Origin: an uncultured bacterium
GTDB taxonomy: Bacteria; Fermentibacterota; Fermentibacteria; Fermentibacterales; JCC-6
Assembly: GCA_964639605.1 (NCBI GenBank)
Contig: CAZXEF010000001.1
Location: forward strand, 1 to 47,244
Reading direction: 5' to 3'
DNA: 47,244 nt
Below are positions 33,729 through 44,251 of the stretch, one piece after another. The notes beneath the pieces are model-generated. The model saw nothing but the letters and a program-made list of their open reading frames with translations. It ran no database searches and had not been told where the DNA came from. Within the stretch, counting starts at the first letter, position 1, and every line of letters starts with the position of its first letter. The position numbers and the translations under genes are program-made.

Positions 33729-34093
33729 TGGGACATATACTTGAAGCATTTAGACTAGCAGATATCCAAACATATCTCAACATTAGGCATCATCTTGCGC
33801 GGCACAACAAGACAGATGAGGATGTAAGGAAATACTTGAAGCGCATAAAGAATGAAATGAGTATCGGGGCCGCCAAAGAAGTAGCGTTTGTTAAATGCCC
33901 CGAATGCTCCAACCGGATGCGCTTGTACAAGGTGAACACGTCGGGCGGAGATCAAGTCCCCGACAAAAGGTTGAAATCGCAATGGTGGTGTAGCTTTTGC
34001 GGACATTCGATATTTAAGCGAAGGACGTATAAACGAGAAATGGAAATTGCCTTAAAGGAGAGAAACAATGCCACTAGCAGAAGAAACAAATAA
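33716..34093 (+). CDS. Zn-ribbon protein
   Basis: 'CPECSNRM...(29)...CSFCGHS' provides two CxxC pairs. It overlaps both neighbours. Confidence 0.55.
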   Translation: MGMLMGHILEAFRLADIQTYLNIRHHLARHNKTDEDVRKYLKRIKNEMSIGAAKEVAFVKCPECSNRMRLYKVNTSGGDQVPDKRLKSQWWCSFCGHSIFKRRTYKREMEIALKERNNATSRRNK

Positions 34094-34883
34094 ACTTCCG
34101 GACCCCACAGACCCGAACAGTTACGGGTACAATGAGTACTTGAGCCGGGGCGGAACAGGATACGTGGACAGCGCAGGACCTGCCCCGTCTTCGCAACCCT
34201 CATACGAAACAGAGCTTGTTAGTGGGTATTCAACAGGATATTACTCAGGCGACAAGACCGACAGCAAGGGCCAGCGAATAAACCAGACCACCCAAAACAG
34301 GGGAGATATATATTTCACTGGGGGCGGGGGAGGTGGAGGAGGCGGAGGAGGCTCTACTCTTAGTCCCACCGGCTCTATATCCACCAGCAAGGTTCAGCGA
34401 GGCCCTACACCGGAGCAGCCAGAACTGGTACCGTTTGAAATGCCGGAAGGGTGGACCGGCGAAGAACGGGCTGCGGAGGTTGCCAAGCAGTCTGCCCTCG
34501 GGCTTCGAGAGGCCCGTCGTTCGCTGCGCGAGACTATGATGGGGCTGCGAAACGACCCGGCGTCCAAGCTAGCGCGGGCTAGAGCACTGGAAGCGCACGG
34601 TATCAATATCGAGAGGACTCTGGGCGGGGCCAGAAGGTATGCCGAGCAGATCGAGCAGACAGATACAGGGCGCGAAACTCAGGCTGCGGTGTTGAACTAT
34701 CAGGCGTACCTCAGCAACAGGGCCAGCATAATCAGCAATGCGTGGAATGCATGGGCCGCGTCCGGGACTACTATATCATCCAGCCAGTATACATATGGCG
34801 GGGATGATGCAGCAGACAAACTTAATTCTCTCGGGGAAGGCTATGTGTCCGGCGAGAGATCCCTGTCTAAGATAGGAGGTTAA
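34068..34883 (+). CDS. virion-associated protein with a poly-Gly tract
   Basis: AAGGAGAG RBS. It carries a Gly run (TGGGGGGGGGGGST) followed by a helical C-terminus. Confidence 0.55.
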   Translation: MPLAEETNKLPDPTDPNSYGYNEYLSRGGTGYVDSAGPAPSSQPSYETELVSGYSTGYYSGDKTDSKGQRINQTTQNRGDIYFTGGGGGGGGGGGSTLSPTGSISTSKVQRGPTPEQPELVPFEMPEGWTGEERAAEVAKQSALGLREARRSLRETMMGLRNDPASKLARARALEAHGINIERTLGGARRYAEQIEQTDTGRETQAAVLNYQAYLSNRASIISNAWNAWAASGTTISSSQYTYGGDDAADKLNSLGEGYVSGERSLSKIGG

Positions 34884-34885
34884 AT

Positions 34886-36136
34886 ATGACTAGAGCTATA
34901 ACGGATAATCCAGAACGGATGGGGACTGAGGCAGCTCCGGGAGTTCCGTGGGAAATTGCCAAAAATACTGATGGCCCCGGAATTGACTGGGACCCAAGTA
35001 TGTTGCACAGTAGAGTATCACCGGAGACTCTTGACGAGTTTGCGAGAGTAGACCCTGAAAATGCCGACGCTATAATGGATAGCTACGGCTATAGTAGTAA
35101 GGACGTGCCAAGAAACCCAGAGAAACCCCGACCGACGCAAGCTCCAGCAGCATCCCAACCCGTGCGTGCTGGGCTTAAGCCCCCGGTGGATACTTCCAAA
35201 GCGCCAGACTATTCTGCTTCGGGGAGGGACAGGTTTGCTGTGGCTATAAAGCAACAAATAGGATTCGACCCAGTGAGACTGGACCCGTACAAGGAAGTAC
35301 AGAAAGCGGAGGCCAGAATGCTGCCAAAGATATTTAATCAATTCTTCGGCGGCAAAGTAATGTGGCAGGACAGGGAGCGCCTAAATGCCCAGCAAAAAAA
35401 GGCTTGGGAAGAGGAGCACCTGAAATTTCGCTCCCACGTATTCAACAGAGCAGAACAGCTTAAGGAAAACGGAATAGCGATAATGAGAGAGGGATTAGAC
35501 AGCTTCGACAGAAAGGCGAAGGAGTACTCCGACATAATGTCAAAGGTTGAGAAGCAGATCGAGGCAGACCGAAAGGCCAGAGAAACTGCGCCTCAGATGA
35601 TTGGTATAGTTCCTCTGGGGAAAAATCAGAAGACAGTCCACGTATGGGATAGAGCGACTGGAACTTATGTCGACACTGGACGCCCTTGGTCTGATACCTC
35701 TACCCCACAGATAATTCAGCAGATGGACTTCGAGGACAAGATACTTGGAAATTATGAACCGAACCAGAAGTTAGACCCGGTTGATCTGCAGGCTATGAAC
35801 GATAGACGCGTCACAAGGGGGATGCCAAATATCGTCGAGGTTCAGGTCAAGGCCCCCATCAAAAGGTCCCGATTCGGGATTGACTGGTTGGCCAAGGACG
35901 AAAAGGGAGAATATCAGTACCTCGAAGAAGGTTCGCCAGAACTTGAGCAGGCCCTAGCGGAGGGCGGAACGCGAACTGACAGTATCAGGGAAGATGTTGG
36001 TGGAAGCGCCGAGGCTTCTCCAACCGGGTCTTCTGCCCAAATTTTAGAGCAGTTTCCGACGGCGTACCAAGCCACGGACGGGAAGTGGTATTACACGGAT
36101 GATAATGGTCAAACCTATCGAATAGAGGAAGAATAA
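34886..36136 (+). CDS. virion-associated protein (internal-protein-like by position)
   Basis: 416 aa, tightly coupled to both neighbours. Confidence 0.5.
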   Translation: MTRAITDNPERMGTEAAPGVPWEIAKNTDGPGIDWDPSMLHSRVSPETLDEFARVDPENADAIMDSYGYSSKDVPRNPEKPRPTQAPAASQPVRAGLKPPVDTSKAPDYSASGRDRFAVAIKQQIGFDPVRLDPYKEVQKAEARMLPKIFNQFFGGKVMWQDRERLNAQQKKAWEEEHLKFRSHVFNRAEQLKENGIAIMREGLDSFDRKAKEYSDIMSKVEKQIEADRKARETAPQMIGIVPLGKNQKTVHVWDRATGTYVDTGRPWSDTSTPQIIQQMDFEDKILGNYEPNQKLDPVDLQAMNDRRVTRGMPNIVEVQVKAPIKRSRFGIDWLAKDEKGEYQYLEEGSPELEQALAEGGTRTDSIREDVGGSAEASPTGSSAQILEQFPTAYQATDGKWYYTDDNGQTYRIEEE

Positions 36137-39100
36137 TGTCTCCTTTTAAAGCTATACCAGTAGATAGCGCGCCCGAACCGGCGTTCGACCCTGAAGGTGA
36201 CGGGTACGACTATATTACTGCCAGAGAGGCTGGCCTCGGCCAAGACGGATCCGGGCACTGGCCCAGCCTAGACCCGAGGACGGGAATGGTCCTAAAAGGA
36301 ACAGGCCACCCTACGTATAAAGAGACTGTTGACGCTGAATCGGAACTGGGAAATACTATCTCCAAGAAAGGGAACAGGTACTACTCAGCCAAGTCCTCCG
36401 GGAAGTTTAAGCTAACCCCGGTGGATAAGGCTCCTGAACCTGTACAAGCTGCGGCCCCAGCACAGAGTGCAGTACCCCCCTCAAAGGAGCAGCCATCTTT
36501 CAATGTAGCCCCGGAGCGCACCTTCGCGGATAAAGTAAAGGACATGTTATTCCGGGAAGGGAAAGACAAACTTACGGCTAAAGCACAGAATGCTATGGCG
36601 ATAGCCAAGGAGTTCGGAGTAAGACCGTCCGAGGCGTACACCAATCAGGAGCAGATATCTAAAGAAGTTGGCTTTAAGGACAACCCGAATACATCACAGC
36701 TTTTGGCCGGGCCAGTAGTAGCTTTTTTCATGGCGAATCCAGTCGGGGCTACCCTAGGATTAGCCACGTATACCGCACTTGGAGAAGTAGAGAATGCAGT
36801 AGCTACAGGGATAAAGGGAGATAAATACAAGTTCGGGAAATACTCAACTCCATCGCAGTGGCTGCCAGAAGATACCAGCGAAGGAGTTAAAGCTATCCTT
36901 GACGGGGCAGACATGCTGGTAAAGGGCGGGCTGATATCCAAAGGAAAAAATATCCCGGAAAACATAAGGGAGAAATTTCTAAGGGAGACTATAACTGAAT
37001 ACAATCTACCGAAAACAATCAGCATAAGTCCAAAGCAGGTTAAGGATGCCCTGTCCTTGGACCCCTCACTGCTTACCCCAGAGGAGCTGGATGCTCTCAA
37101 AGCGCTTTCCGGAAAGAAAGGAGAGTGGGCTAGGGCGGCTCGCGAGGGTATCCGCATTGATATACCAGCCGAGAAGATAGTCAGGGTAGCCGACAAGCCA
37201 TGGTGGAAAAAGGTAAAGAGCAAGCTCGGCTTGAAGGCCGGAAGAGAATATACCGTCACTCACAGGGCGGGAGAGACCACAACTGGAAGGCCCGTGGCTG
37301 GACTACTGAGAGACCCCAGAGAAGTTCCTACCCGAGCTGGCCGATCAAATGATATAGAGCCGGAGGTTCCCGGATTCGAGGGAGCAGTAGAGGAAGCGGA
37401 GAATGCTGAGAGAATTATAAATATTCGGAGAGGGCGGTCCACTGTGGAGGAGTCCCCGTACGATACCGGGGCAATAGAGTATCCGAAGAAGGCTGGCAGA
37501 GGGATATTCCCGATCGCAAGAAAGGCCCCACCAGATATTCCATCGGGCAGATCCACAATTGAGGAGTCCCCGTACGAGACAGGAACTGTCAAATACCCAG
37601 AGAAAACCGGGGGCGGAATACCGCCTACGACCAGACCTACTATACGCAAGCCGCCACCTTCGCTGCCTCAGCGTCAGACTTCGGTTGAGGAGTCTCCGTA
37701 CAAGACTGGAACTATTGCTCCTCGCCCCAGAAGGACAGCAGGAATTGTACCGCGCAACCCAAATAGGCCTCCACCCCCAACTATCCCGCAAAGGAGGTCC
37801 ACTATCGAGGACACCCCATATATACCAGCGGCGATACGCAGACCGGGAGGAATACCAATAGCGACGAAAGCTCCGTCCGATGCGCCCACTGCTAAATTTC
37901 TCGGGTACCATGATCTTACCTCGATCGGCGAGGGGCAGTCTCCTCTGTACAATATCGAGGGCGGTGAGCATCATGGGTCTACTGTCACCAAGGCCAGACT
38001 GGAGCAACTGGGAATACCAGTACCTGAGACTCCTCCGCCTGCCAAGCCCGAAGAGGATTTCGTCACGCAGTCAGGAAAGCCGTACAAGCGCAGAGGAAAT
38101 CTGGAAAATGCCCTGAAGAAAGCCGGGAAGGAAGACCAGTACGACATACTTAAGCTCCGCGATGGATATGTCGGGCGCACAAAATTGTCTAAGGGAGGGG
38201 GAATATCCCCGACGAATTACCGCACTGTAGTGTCAGATACCACTACGGAGGGAAAGAAGGGAAATATATGGATACTTACCGATGAGGGGGTACGCTATGA
38301 AAGCGCCCAGCCAATGCACTTCATGATCGCCGAGGAATTCAATATCCCGTATAGCAGTGTGGTAGAGAGTGGCATTATCGGTGGATCATCTACCAACTTG
38401 AGGAAAATGCAGGAGCTACTGTCGAAGCTATCCAAAGGGGGTTATGTCGGGGATGTGAACAACCGCGCCCTGAACTCGATACCCCCCAAGCAGCAGGGCA
38501 GGATACTTAGGCTGGTGTCTGAGATACCCAAATGGATGAAGGAGGCTGGAGCCGATCAGGAATTGATGGACCGGGTTGATGTCGAGCTTAAATCCATAGT
38601 GGAAGTTCCGGAAGAGGGCGTGGACGAGAGCATTCAGCAGTGGTCGCAGCTTGGCAAGCAGATGGAGAGAGTGCTTGGGGCCACGACATTCGATCCGACG
38701 GGCCTCTTCGCCATAATGCAGTTGTCACTGGATCAGGGAACTGGGCGCTTGAAAAAGACTACCGTCCACGAGACATACCATTTGATGAAAGCGTGGATGC
38801 TGCCCCGCGCAGAGAGTGAGCGCGTTTCCAAATTCTATGGTGACAATGAAGAAGCCGAGGCAGACGACTATTTTGACTTCCTTGAGGGCAGGAAGAAAGA
38901 ACGACCGGACTGGCTTACAAGGATATTCAACAAATTGAAGGCATTGTTGGAGCGAGTATGGAACTGGGCCAGAGGGAAGGGATTCACATCCAGCGCCGAT
39001 GTCAAGGTTGTATGGGAGAGTCTCCGCAGCGGGGTATGGAGGACGCGACCGATTGGGGTAACTAGAAATCCAACTACCTCATTTGCCGGGGAACAGACTC

Positions 39101-42100
39101 CGGTGCAGTGGGGATTTAGCCAACTAGCGAAAGTAGCCGCCGATCCATCTATGCCTACCAAAGCTCAGTCCGTGCCAAATTGGTTGTTAAAGCAAGGGGT
39201 GAAACCCGCCGAGATGAAATGGATGGGAGTTGAGCAATGGCTGTCTGATAATCAGACCAAGCAGGGCAAGATCGACCGGCAGGCTTTCGCAGAATGGGTT
39301 AATTCCAATAAAGTCCAAGTTAGCGAAGTATTTAAGGAGGGAGAAGGAGGGGACGAAGAAGTTGCAATGGAGATAGCAAATGAAGTAACCTCTCTTATAT
39401 ATAACTCTGACTACAGGCTGGGAATCCTAATGGAGGAAGGAGTGTTGCACGAAGAATTTCTATCTGATATAGAAATGACCACTATAAGAAATATTGTGGA
39501 TGGTTGGGGAAATTATTCTTCCGCTGAGCAGGTTCGACAGGAATTGATGAGTGCCATATCTCAAATCCCTGAGGACGTTATCGCTGGTCTGGACCCAGAT
39601 GTTGTCCCAGAAGTTACTGCTGCGATAAAAGGGATAAGGAATGATGGATTGCCAGCTATAGATGAGGAAGTGCTCCCTGAAGAATTAATGCCCGGCGATA
39701 CGCAGTATAAGGAATATGTTCTTCCCGGAGGTGAGGATTATGGAGAATTGCTGCTGACACTCCCCGCAACCAATGCCCCATACACTATGATTGGTACGTA
39801 TGAGCAAGTTCCTGCCGGGCCAAATTTTCAGTCTGATCACTGGGAAGAGCCAAACGTCTTAGCGCACACCCGTTTCAATTCCAGAGCGGATACGGAAGGA
39901 AACAGTGTGCTATTTCTTGAGGAAGTACAGAGCGACTGGCTGCAAACAGCAAAGGAGACTGGAATGGTTAGCAGTGAAGACGCCCGGTTGTTGGAAGAGT
40001 ACGAGGCCAAGAAGAAACCCTTAGAGGAAGAGTATAACGAATTGTTGGCGCATGCTGGAGGCGTTGAGGGGGCTAAATCTGCGCTGCCAAGTGCTCCTTT
40101 CCTTGACACTTGGCACGAGCTAACTCTCAAGAGAATGTTGCGTTGGGCCGCTGAGAGGGGATATGACAGACTGGCGTGGACGACCGGAATACAGCAGGTG
40201 GATCGCTGGTCAAAGGCGACGAGACGGGTCGTGGATAGTATCAGTTGGCAGAACGTAAGCAATGATAATCTCAGTGTTGAGAGGCTGTCCGATAACCACT
40301 ATGCAGTATTCAACAATAGAACAGGACAATTTGTTGAAGGAACCGATGGGTCATATAGGGCGCCGGTGCAGGATATAGCTGATAAATTAATGAATGACAG
40401 CGCTGGGAATGGGTATGCTACTATAACTGGACACAAAGATGGGAAGGTAGTGTTCAGCGAAGTTATACCGTTACAGGGTTCTACCAAGATACATAACCAA
40501 GAGGTTACACTTCAAGATCTTGTAGGGAAGCAGCTTGCCGATCGCATTCGGTCTGGGGAGAGCCGGGGTAGCGTGGAGGGGGAAGGCCTAACCATTGGCG
40601 GCGAGGGTATGAAAACTTTCTACGACCAACGCCTCCCCGGATTCGCCGAAAAATATGGCAAGCAATGGGGAGCGAAGACCGGGAAACTGGAAATATGGGA
40701 GGGCAGAGTAGACCAGAAACAAGTAACCCCCGACAATATCGATAGAATAGCCGTGAATAAGGCAAAGGTTCATTATATTGAAATTACTGATGCGATGCGC
40801 GAGTCTGTTCTCCACAAGGGTCAGACGCTTTTCTCCATCGACTCTGCTGCCAAAACTGGCCGCGCGGAGAAGGTCAAAGCCCGCGTCGAGGCGTACAAGA
40901 AGCAGTTCTATACCCCGATAGAGGGTTCTCCGCTGGACAAAAGCGCCATAGCATATCTCAAGGAGAAGGACCCGGCCAATATCAAGGTATACTTCGACAA
41001 TATGCCTACCATTGGCGAGTTGCTTCCGTCCGAGGTGTACAGGTTCGACGAGAAGGCCAAGCAGTACATTGCCACTATTACCACGGAAGCTGGAAATATC
41101 AAGCCCGCCATACGCCAGAGTGGATATTTTGTTCTAGACAAGTTTAAGGACACAATTTCCGCATACACCGATATCAGCAAGCGCGTGGAAATGTGGACGG
41201 ACCCGACCCGGATGATGCAGGCCATTGACCAAGGCCATTTCGGGGGTCCGGTCCAGTCTCATGTCCTGTGGCCAGCTCGCTCCACAATGATGGCGAAGCT
41301 CAAATGGGTGGATTATCAAAAATCTCAGGTAGCCGATATACTGGACAAGCACAAAATCCGGACCCGCAAGAAAGACGAGGCCGTCACAGCAGTGCTAGAG
41401 CATGTTAGCCAGAGCAAGGCCTTCGGAAAGAAGGTCGACGACATACTTAGCATGAAGGGGGTAAAAGAGGCGCTGGTAAAAATCAAGCCCAAGGACCACA
41501 GGGATATTGTCGAGGCCGCGATCGAGGCTAGGGTTCTATATACCCGGATGCGGGCCAATGTCAACACTGCACGTCGGTTGAGGAAACAGAAGGAAATCCC
41601 GCGCAGGGCATTCTACTCCCCGGACATACTTGCGCAGAATGCGTGGGCCAAACTTTATGGCTCCATGCACAATATCCATTTGGTGATGGAGCGGCCAGAG
41701 ATGCCGGACTTTATACAGCCGAACCAACCCTTCAACCCAAGAGCGCTGCCCAAGGAAGGAGGAATCCCGGACTATATGAAGGAGCGCAGACTGTCTGTTC
41801 TGATGGCCGATTATGCAGATACGTCCGGGAGGGATATATTCGACACTAATATAATCCACAACAATAAAATATATAGCGCGGTTATGAAAAGCGTCGGACT
41901 TGATCACTCCGCAGATGCGATAAATACGTGGACCAGTGAGGTGTTCGCCGGAACTAGCCCGGCCATAACCAAGGTTGCCAAGAGAGTCCTTCCGGAGAAG
42001 GTTCACGGAGGACTACTATCGCTGCGCAGAAATCTGTCTAGGGCAGTTTTTCCGCTGAACTTCACGTGGAATATGTTCATTCAGACATCCTCCGCTGGAA

Positions 42101-43215
42101 TAACCTTTGCCAGATATGGCACTATCGCTAACATCAAAGGGCTGTCCTACCTGACAAGCCCGACGATGAATCAGGCTGTTCAGCAGATAGCGTACAGCCA
42201 AATAGTCAAATCCAGATGGGGCGGGAAACTACACTATCAAGATGTGCAGGATTCTATCACCAAAAACAAAAGGCTGCAGGCCAGCAAATTGGATTCTGTT
42301 ACCGAGTATGCTAACTTCCTTACATCGGCTATAGAGAATTTACTGACTGGGCATGCTGTAGCTTCAGCATATTACTATGGAAAGAATCATTTGGGCCTTA
42401 CGGGACGGGCGCTGTGGGAGTACGCCTCCGAGGGAGGAGCCAAGACCCAGAGCATGTACAACTACGCAGATCTTCCGGGGCTGCTGAGGGCTAGAGAAGT
42501 TGGAGCAGTGACCCCATTCCAGACATTTGCTTTCGACGTGTTCAACACAGTGCGCGAGATAAATGTTCCGATATTGAGAAGCACTATCGGAAGGGTCGGT
42601 ATATACCACACTATCTCCTCAAAGGAGGCTCCGCCAGAAGGGGAAAAGGTAGACCCGGACAGCGATGCCGGGAGAGCGACCATACGTCGACGCTTGATGA
42701 TATTGGGGAGATGGGTTGCTGCAATAATGGTGACTAATGCCGTTGTCGATAAATCGATCGGGAGAAAGCCATGGACTGTAAGCTCATTTGTCCCGTTCTT
42801 CGGATATATTATGGGGCAGATCCCTTACGTCGGGGAATATGTCGGGGGGCCTCAGTCCGGGCGCGGAACTACCCCGTTCGAGTATTTCAGTGATCTGGCC
42901 ACCGGAATACAGCGCTTTATGAAATACGAAGATTTCACCAAGCTCCGCCAGTGGCTGCTTAGGTATCATACTACTGCCGGGGTCCAGTGGGACAGAACCA
43001 TTCAGGGAATAGAGGCTGTGGCGCGAGGAGAGGTCACGGACGTCAGAGGGCATCAGTTGTTTAGGGTCAGGGGAACATCGGAGCAGGTTCGGGCAGTGCT
43101 AGGAGGCCCATTCAGAACCGAAGCTGGAATTGAGTATCTCAGGGAAAAAGATAAGAAGAAGGGCCTTTCCAAGAAAAGGGCCAGACAGACAATATCAAGG
43201 GGAAGAAAACGTTAA
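36136..43215 (+). CDS. giant (2359 aa) multidomain virion protein, internal/ejected or polyvalent-protein-like
   Basis: A single uninterrupted ORF with a TAATG overlap. It has four Pro-rich tandem repeats, an HExxH motif ('HETYH' at 38767-38781) and hydrophobic segments near the C-terminus. Confidence 0.7.
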   Translation: MSPFKAIPVDSAPEPAFDPEGDGYDYITAREAGLGQDGSGHWPSLDPRTGMVLKGTGHPTYKETVDAESELGNTISKKGNRYYSAKSSGKFKLTPVDKAPEPVQAAAPAQSAVPPSKEQPSFNVAPERTFADKVKDMLFREGKDKLTAKAQNAMAIAKEFGVRPSEAYTNQEQISKEVGFKDNPNTSQLLAGPVVAFFMANPVGATLGLATYTALGEVENAVATGIKGDKYKFGKYSTPSQWLPEDTSEGVKAILDGADMLVKGGLISKGKNIPENIREKFLRETITEYNLPKTISISPKQVKDALSLDPSLLTPEELDALKALSGKKGEWARAAREGIRIDIPAEKIVRVADKPWWKKVKSKLGLKAGREYTVTHRAGETTTGRPVAGLLRDPREVPTRAGRSNDIEPEVPGFEGAVEEAENAERIINIRRGRSTVEESPYDTGAIEYPKKAGRGIFPIARKAPPDIPSGRSTIEESPYETGTVKYPEKTGGGIPPTTRPTIRKPPPSLPQRQTSVEESPYKTGTIAPRPRRTAGIVPRNPNRPPPPTIPQRRSTIEDTPYIPAAIRRPGGIPIATKAPSDAPTAKFLGYHDLTSIGEGQSPLYNIEGGEHHGSTVTKARLEQLGIPVPETPPPAKPEEDFVTQSGKPYKRRGNLENALKKAGKEDQYDILKLRDGYVGRTKLSKGGGISPTNYRTVVSDTTTEGKKGNIWILTDEGVRYESAQPMHFMIAEEFNIPYSSVVESGIIGGSSTNLRKMQELLSKLSKGGYVGDVNNRALNSIPPKQQGRILRLVSEIPKWMKEAGADQELMDRVDVELKSIVEVPEEGVDESIQQWSQLGKQMERVLGATTFDPTGLFAIMQLSLDQGTGRLKKTTVHETYHLMKAWMLPRAESERVSKFYGDNEEAEADDYFDFLEGRKKERPDWLTRIFNKLKALLERVWNWARGKGFTSSADVKVVWESLRSGVWRTRPIGVTRNPTTSFAGEQTPVQWGFSQLAKVAADPSMPTKAQSVPNWLLKQGVKPAEMKWMGVEQWLSDNQTKQGKIDRQAFAEWVNSNKVQVSEVFKEGEGGDEEVAMEIANEVTSLIYNSDYRLGILMEEGVLHEEFLSDIEMTTIRNIVDGWGNYSSAEQVRQELMSAISQIPEDVIAGLDPDVVPEVTAAIKGIRNDGLPAIDEEVLPEELMPGDTQYKEYVLPGGEDYGELLLTLPATNAPYTMIGTYEQVPAGPNFQSDHWEEPNVLAHTRFNSRADTEGNSVLFLEEVQSDWLQTAKETGMVSSEDARLLEEYEAKKKPLEEEYNELLAHAGGVEGAKSALPSAPFLDTWHELTLKRMLRWAAERGYDRLAWTTGIQQVDRWSKATRRVVDSISWQNVSNDNLSVERLSDNHYAVFNNRTGQFVEGTDGSYRAPVQDIADKLMNDSAGNGYATITGHKDGKVVFSEVIPLQGSTKIHNQEVTLQDLVGKQLADRIRSGESRGSVEGEGLTIGGEGMKTFYDQRLPGFAEKYGKQWGAKTGKLEIWEGRVDQKQVTPDNIDRIAVNKAKVHYIEITDAMRESVLHKGQTLFSIDSAAKTGRAEKVKARVEAYKKQFYTPIEGSPLDKSAIAYLKEKDPANIKVYFDNMPTIGELLPSEVYRFDEKAKQYIATITTEAGNIKPAIRQSGYFVLDKFKDTISAYTDISKRVEMWTDPTRMMQAIDQGHFGGPVQSHVLWPARSTMMAKLKWVDYQKSQVADILDKHKIRTRKKDEAVTAVLEHVSQSKAFGKKVDDILSMKGVKEALVKIKPKDHRDIVEAAIEARVLYTRMRANVNTARRLRKQKEIPRRAFYSPDILAQNAWAKLYGSMHNIHLVMERPEMPDFIQPNQPFNPRALPKEGGIPDYMKERRLSVLMADYADTSGRDIFDTNIIHNNKIYSAVMKSVGLDHSADAINTWTSEVFAGTSPAITKVAKRVLPEKVHGGLLSLRRNLSRAVFPLNFTWNMFIQTSSAGITFARYGTIANIKGLSYLTSPTMNQAVQQIAYSQIVKSRWGGKLHYQDVQDSITKNKRLQASKLDSVTEYANFLTSAIENLLTGHAVASAYYYGKNHLGLTGRALWEYASEGGAKTQSMYNYADLPGLLRAREVGAVTPFQTFAFDVFNTVREINVPILRSTIGRVGIYHTISSKEAPPEGEKVDPDSDAGRATIRRRLMILGRWVAAIMVTNAVVDKSIGRKPWTVSSFVPFFGYIMGQIPYVGEYVGGPQSGRGTTPFEYFSDLATGIQRFMKYEDFTKLRQWLLRYHTTAGVQWDRTIQGIEAVARGEVTDVRGHQLFRVRGTSEQVRAVLGGPFRTEAGIEYLREKDKKKGLSKKRARQTISRGRKR
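37435..37887 (+). repeat. four in-frame tandem repeats (38-42 aa) in the giant protein
   Basis: The R(S/T)(T/S)(V/I)E(E/D)(S/T)PY..G(A/T)(I/V)..P....G(I)(F/V/P)P.....PP..P units have their E-E/D codons at 37447, 37561, 37687 and 37807. Confidence 0.85.
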
Positions 43216-43237
43216 ACCTATATAATGGGGGTGTTAA

Positions 43238-43855
43238 ATGGAAATAGATATTAGTAGACTGGACAAATGGCATTTCAGTGGCGATGAGGAAATGAACACC
43301 GTCATTGGGGCTTCGGCTATATCCAATCAGTCAGGGAGCTACCCGGACCTGATCCGGGCGACAGGAGTTGGTGGAGTAGTCAGATTAACCAGCAATGATC
43401 ACGGATTTAAGGCCACTGCAGATGCGTGGAAACGGAACGAGAGCAATTGCATCTATGTTCAGGGAACCACCAATTATGATGGGCTAAGAACTATCATAGC
43501 GGTTGCGGCAAATACTCTGGACATACTGGCCCCGTACGTCGCCGAGACTCCGGGCGGAACGGAGACTCTCAGACCCGGATTCAAGTACCCGGAAAGGAGT
43601 GAGTTCTGGGGTCTAGCACTGCATTTGGCTGCAGCCTGCGCGACCGAGGAGGATTTGGAGATAAGTGTGGATGCAAGTCGCGGCGCGGCATGGGACAGGA
43701 AGATATATGACGAGCCGATGTATGGGGTTCAGGATATAATCGATATATTCGACGAGCCTATTCCCCTCGACCCGAACGATATCGTATATGTTACTTTCCC
43801 GAACACGGATGATAACCTTTGGGGGCTGACACTGTACAGCAGGAGGTTGGTATAA
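43238..43855 (+). CDS. hypothetical tail-module protein
   Basis: 205 aa with a GGGGG RBS. Confidence 0.55.
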   Translation: MEIDISRLDKWHFSGDEEMNTVIGASAISNQSGSYPDLIRATGVGGVVRLTSNDHGFKATADAWKRNESNCIYVQGTTNYDGLRTIIAVAANTLDILAPYVAETPGGTETLRPGFKYPERSEFWGLALHLAAACATEEDLEISVDASRGAAWDRKIYDEPMYGVQDIIDIFDEPIPLDPNDIVYVTFPNTDDNLWGLTLYSRRLV

Positions 43856-44250
43856 TGAAACGGATAAATGGAAAGCTTGTCATAGGGGACGCTATTAATA
43901 CTCCGGGGGATATCGCCGGGGGTACCCCCGACATAGAGTCCAACGGGAATATAACTCTGACAAGGGATCAGTGTCGGGGCCAGATTTTGTATATGACCGC
44001 GACTGGGACAGTAACTCTGCCTCCAGTCATCGGAGATGGTCTGGCTATAACTGTGTATAGCACAACTGCGGCAGCGGTACATGTCGACCCCAATGCCAAT
44101 GACCGAATTGTGCTGGATGGCGTAGCGCTGGATAACGGGGATAAAATATCTTCCGCGAGCGGGGCTGGGGATTTTGTAGTTCTTCACAACGATGATATAA
44201 ATGGGTGGAGAACTCTGGGCCGGTCGGGGACGTGGACAGACGGGGGCTAG
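43855..44250 (+). CDS. hypothetical tail-module protein
   Basis: TAATG overlap at 43855. 131 aa. I trimmed the start of ORF 43819..44250 to it. Confidence 0.55.
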   Translation: MKRINGKLVIGDAINTPGDIAGGTPDIESNGNITLTRDQCRGQILYMTATGTVTLPPVIGDGLAITVYSTTAAAVHVDPNANDRIVLDGVALDNGDKISSASGAGDFVVLHNDDINGWRTLGRSGTWTDGG

Positions 44251-44251
44251 C

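Noticed and set aside
34318-34353. A G-rich run (ggg ggc ggg gga ggt gga gga ggc gga gga ggc) that could be a simple-sequence repeat or G-quadruplex element.
   Set aside because: It is in frame and encodes a poly-Gly linker in the 34068..34883 protein. The codons vary, which fits a selected coding feature rather than a slippage repeat.
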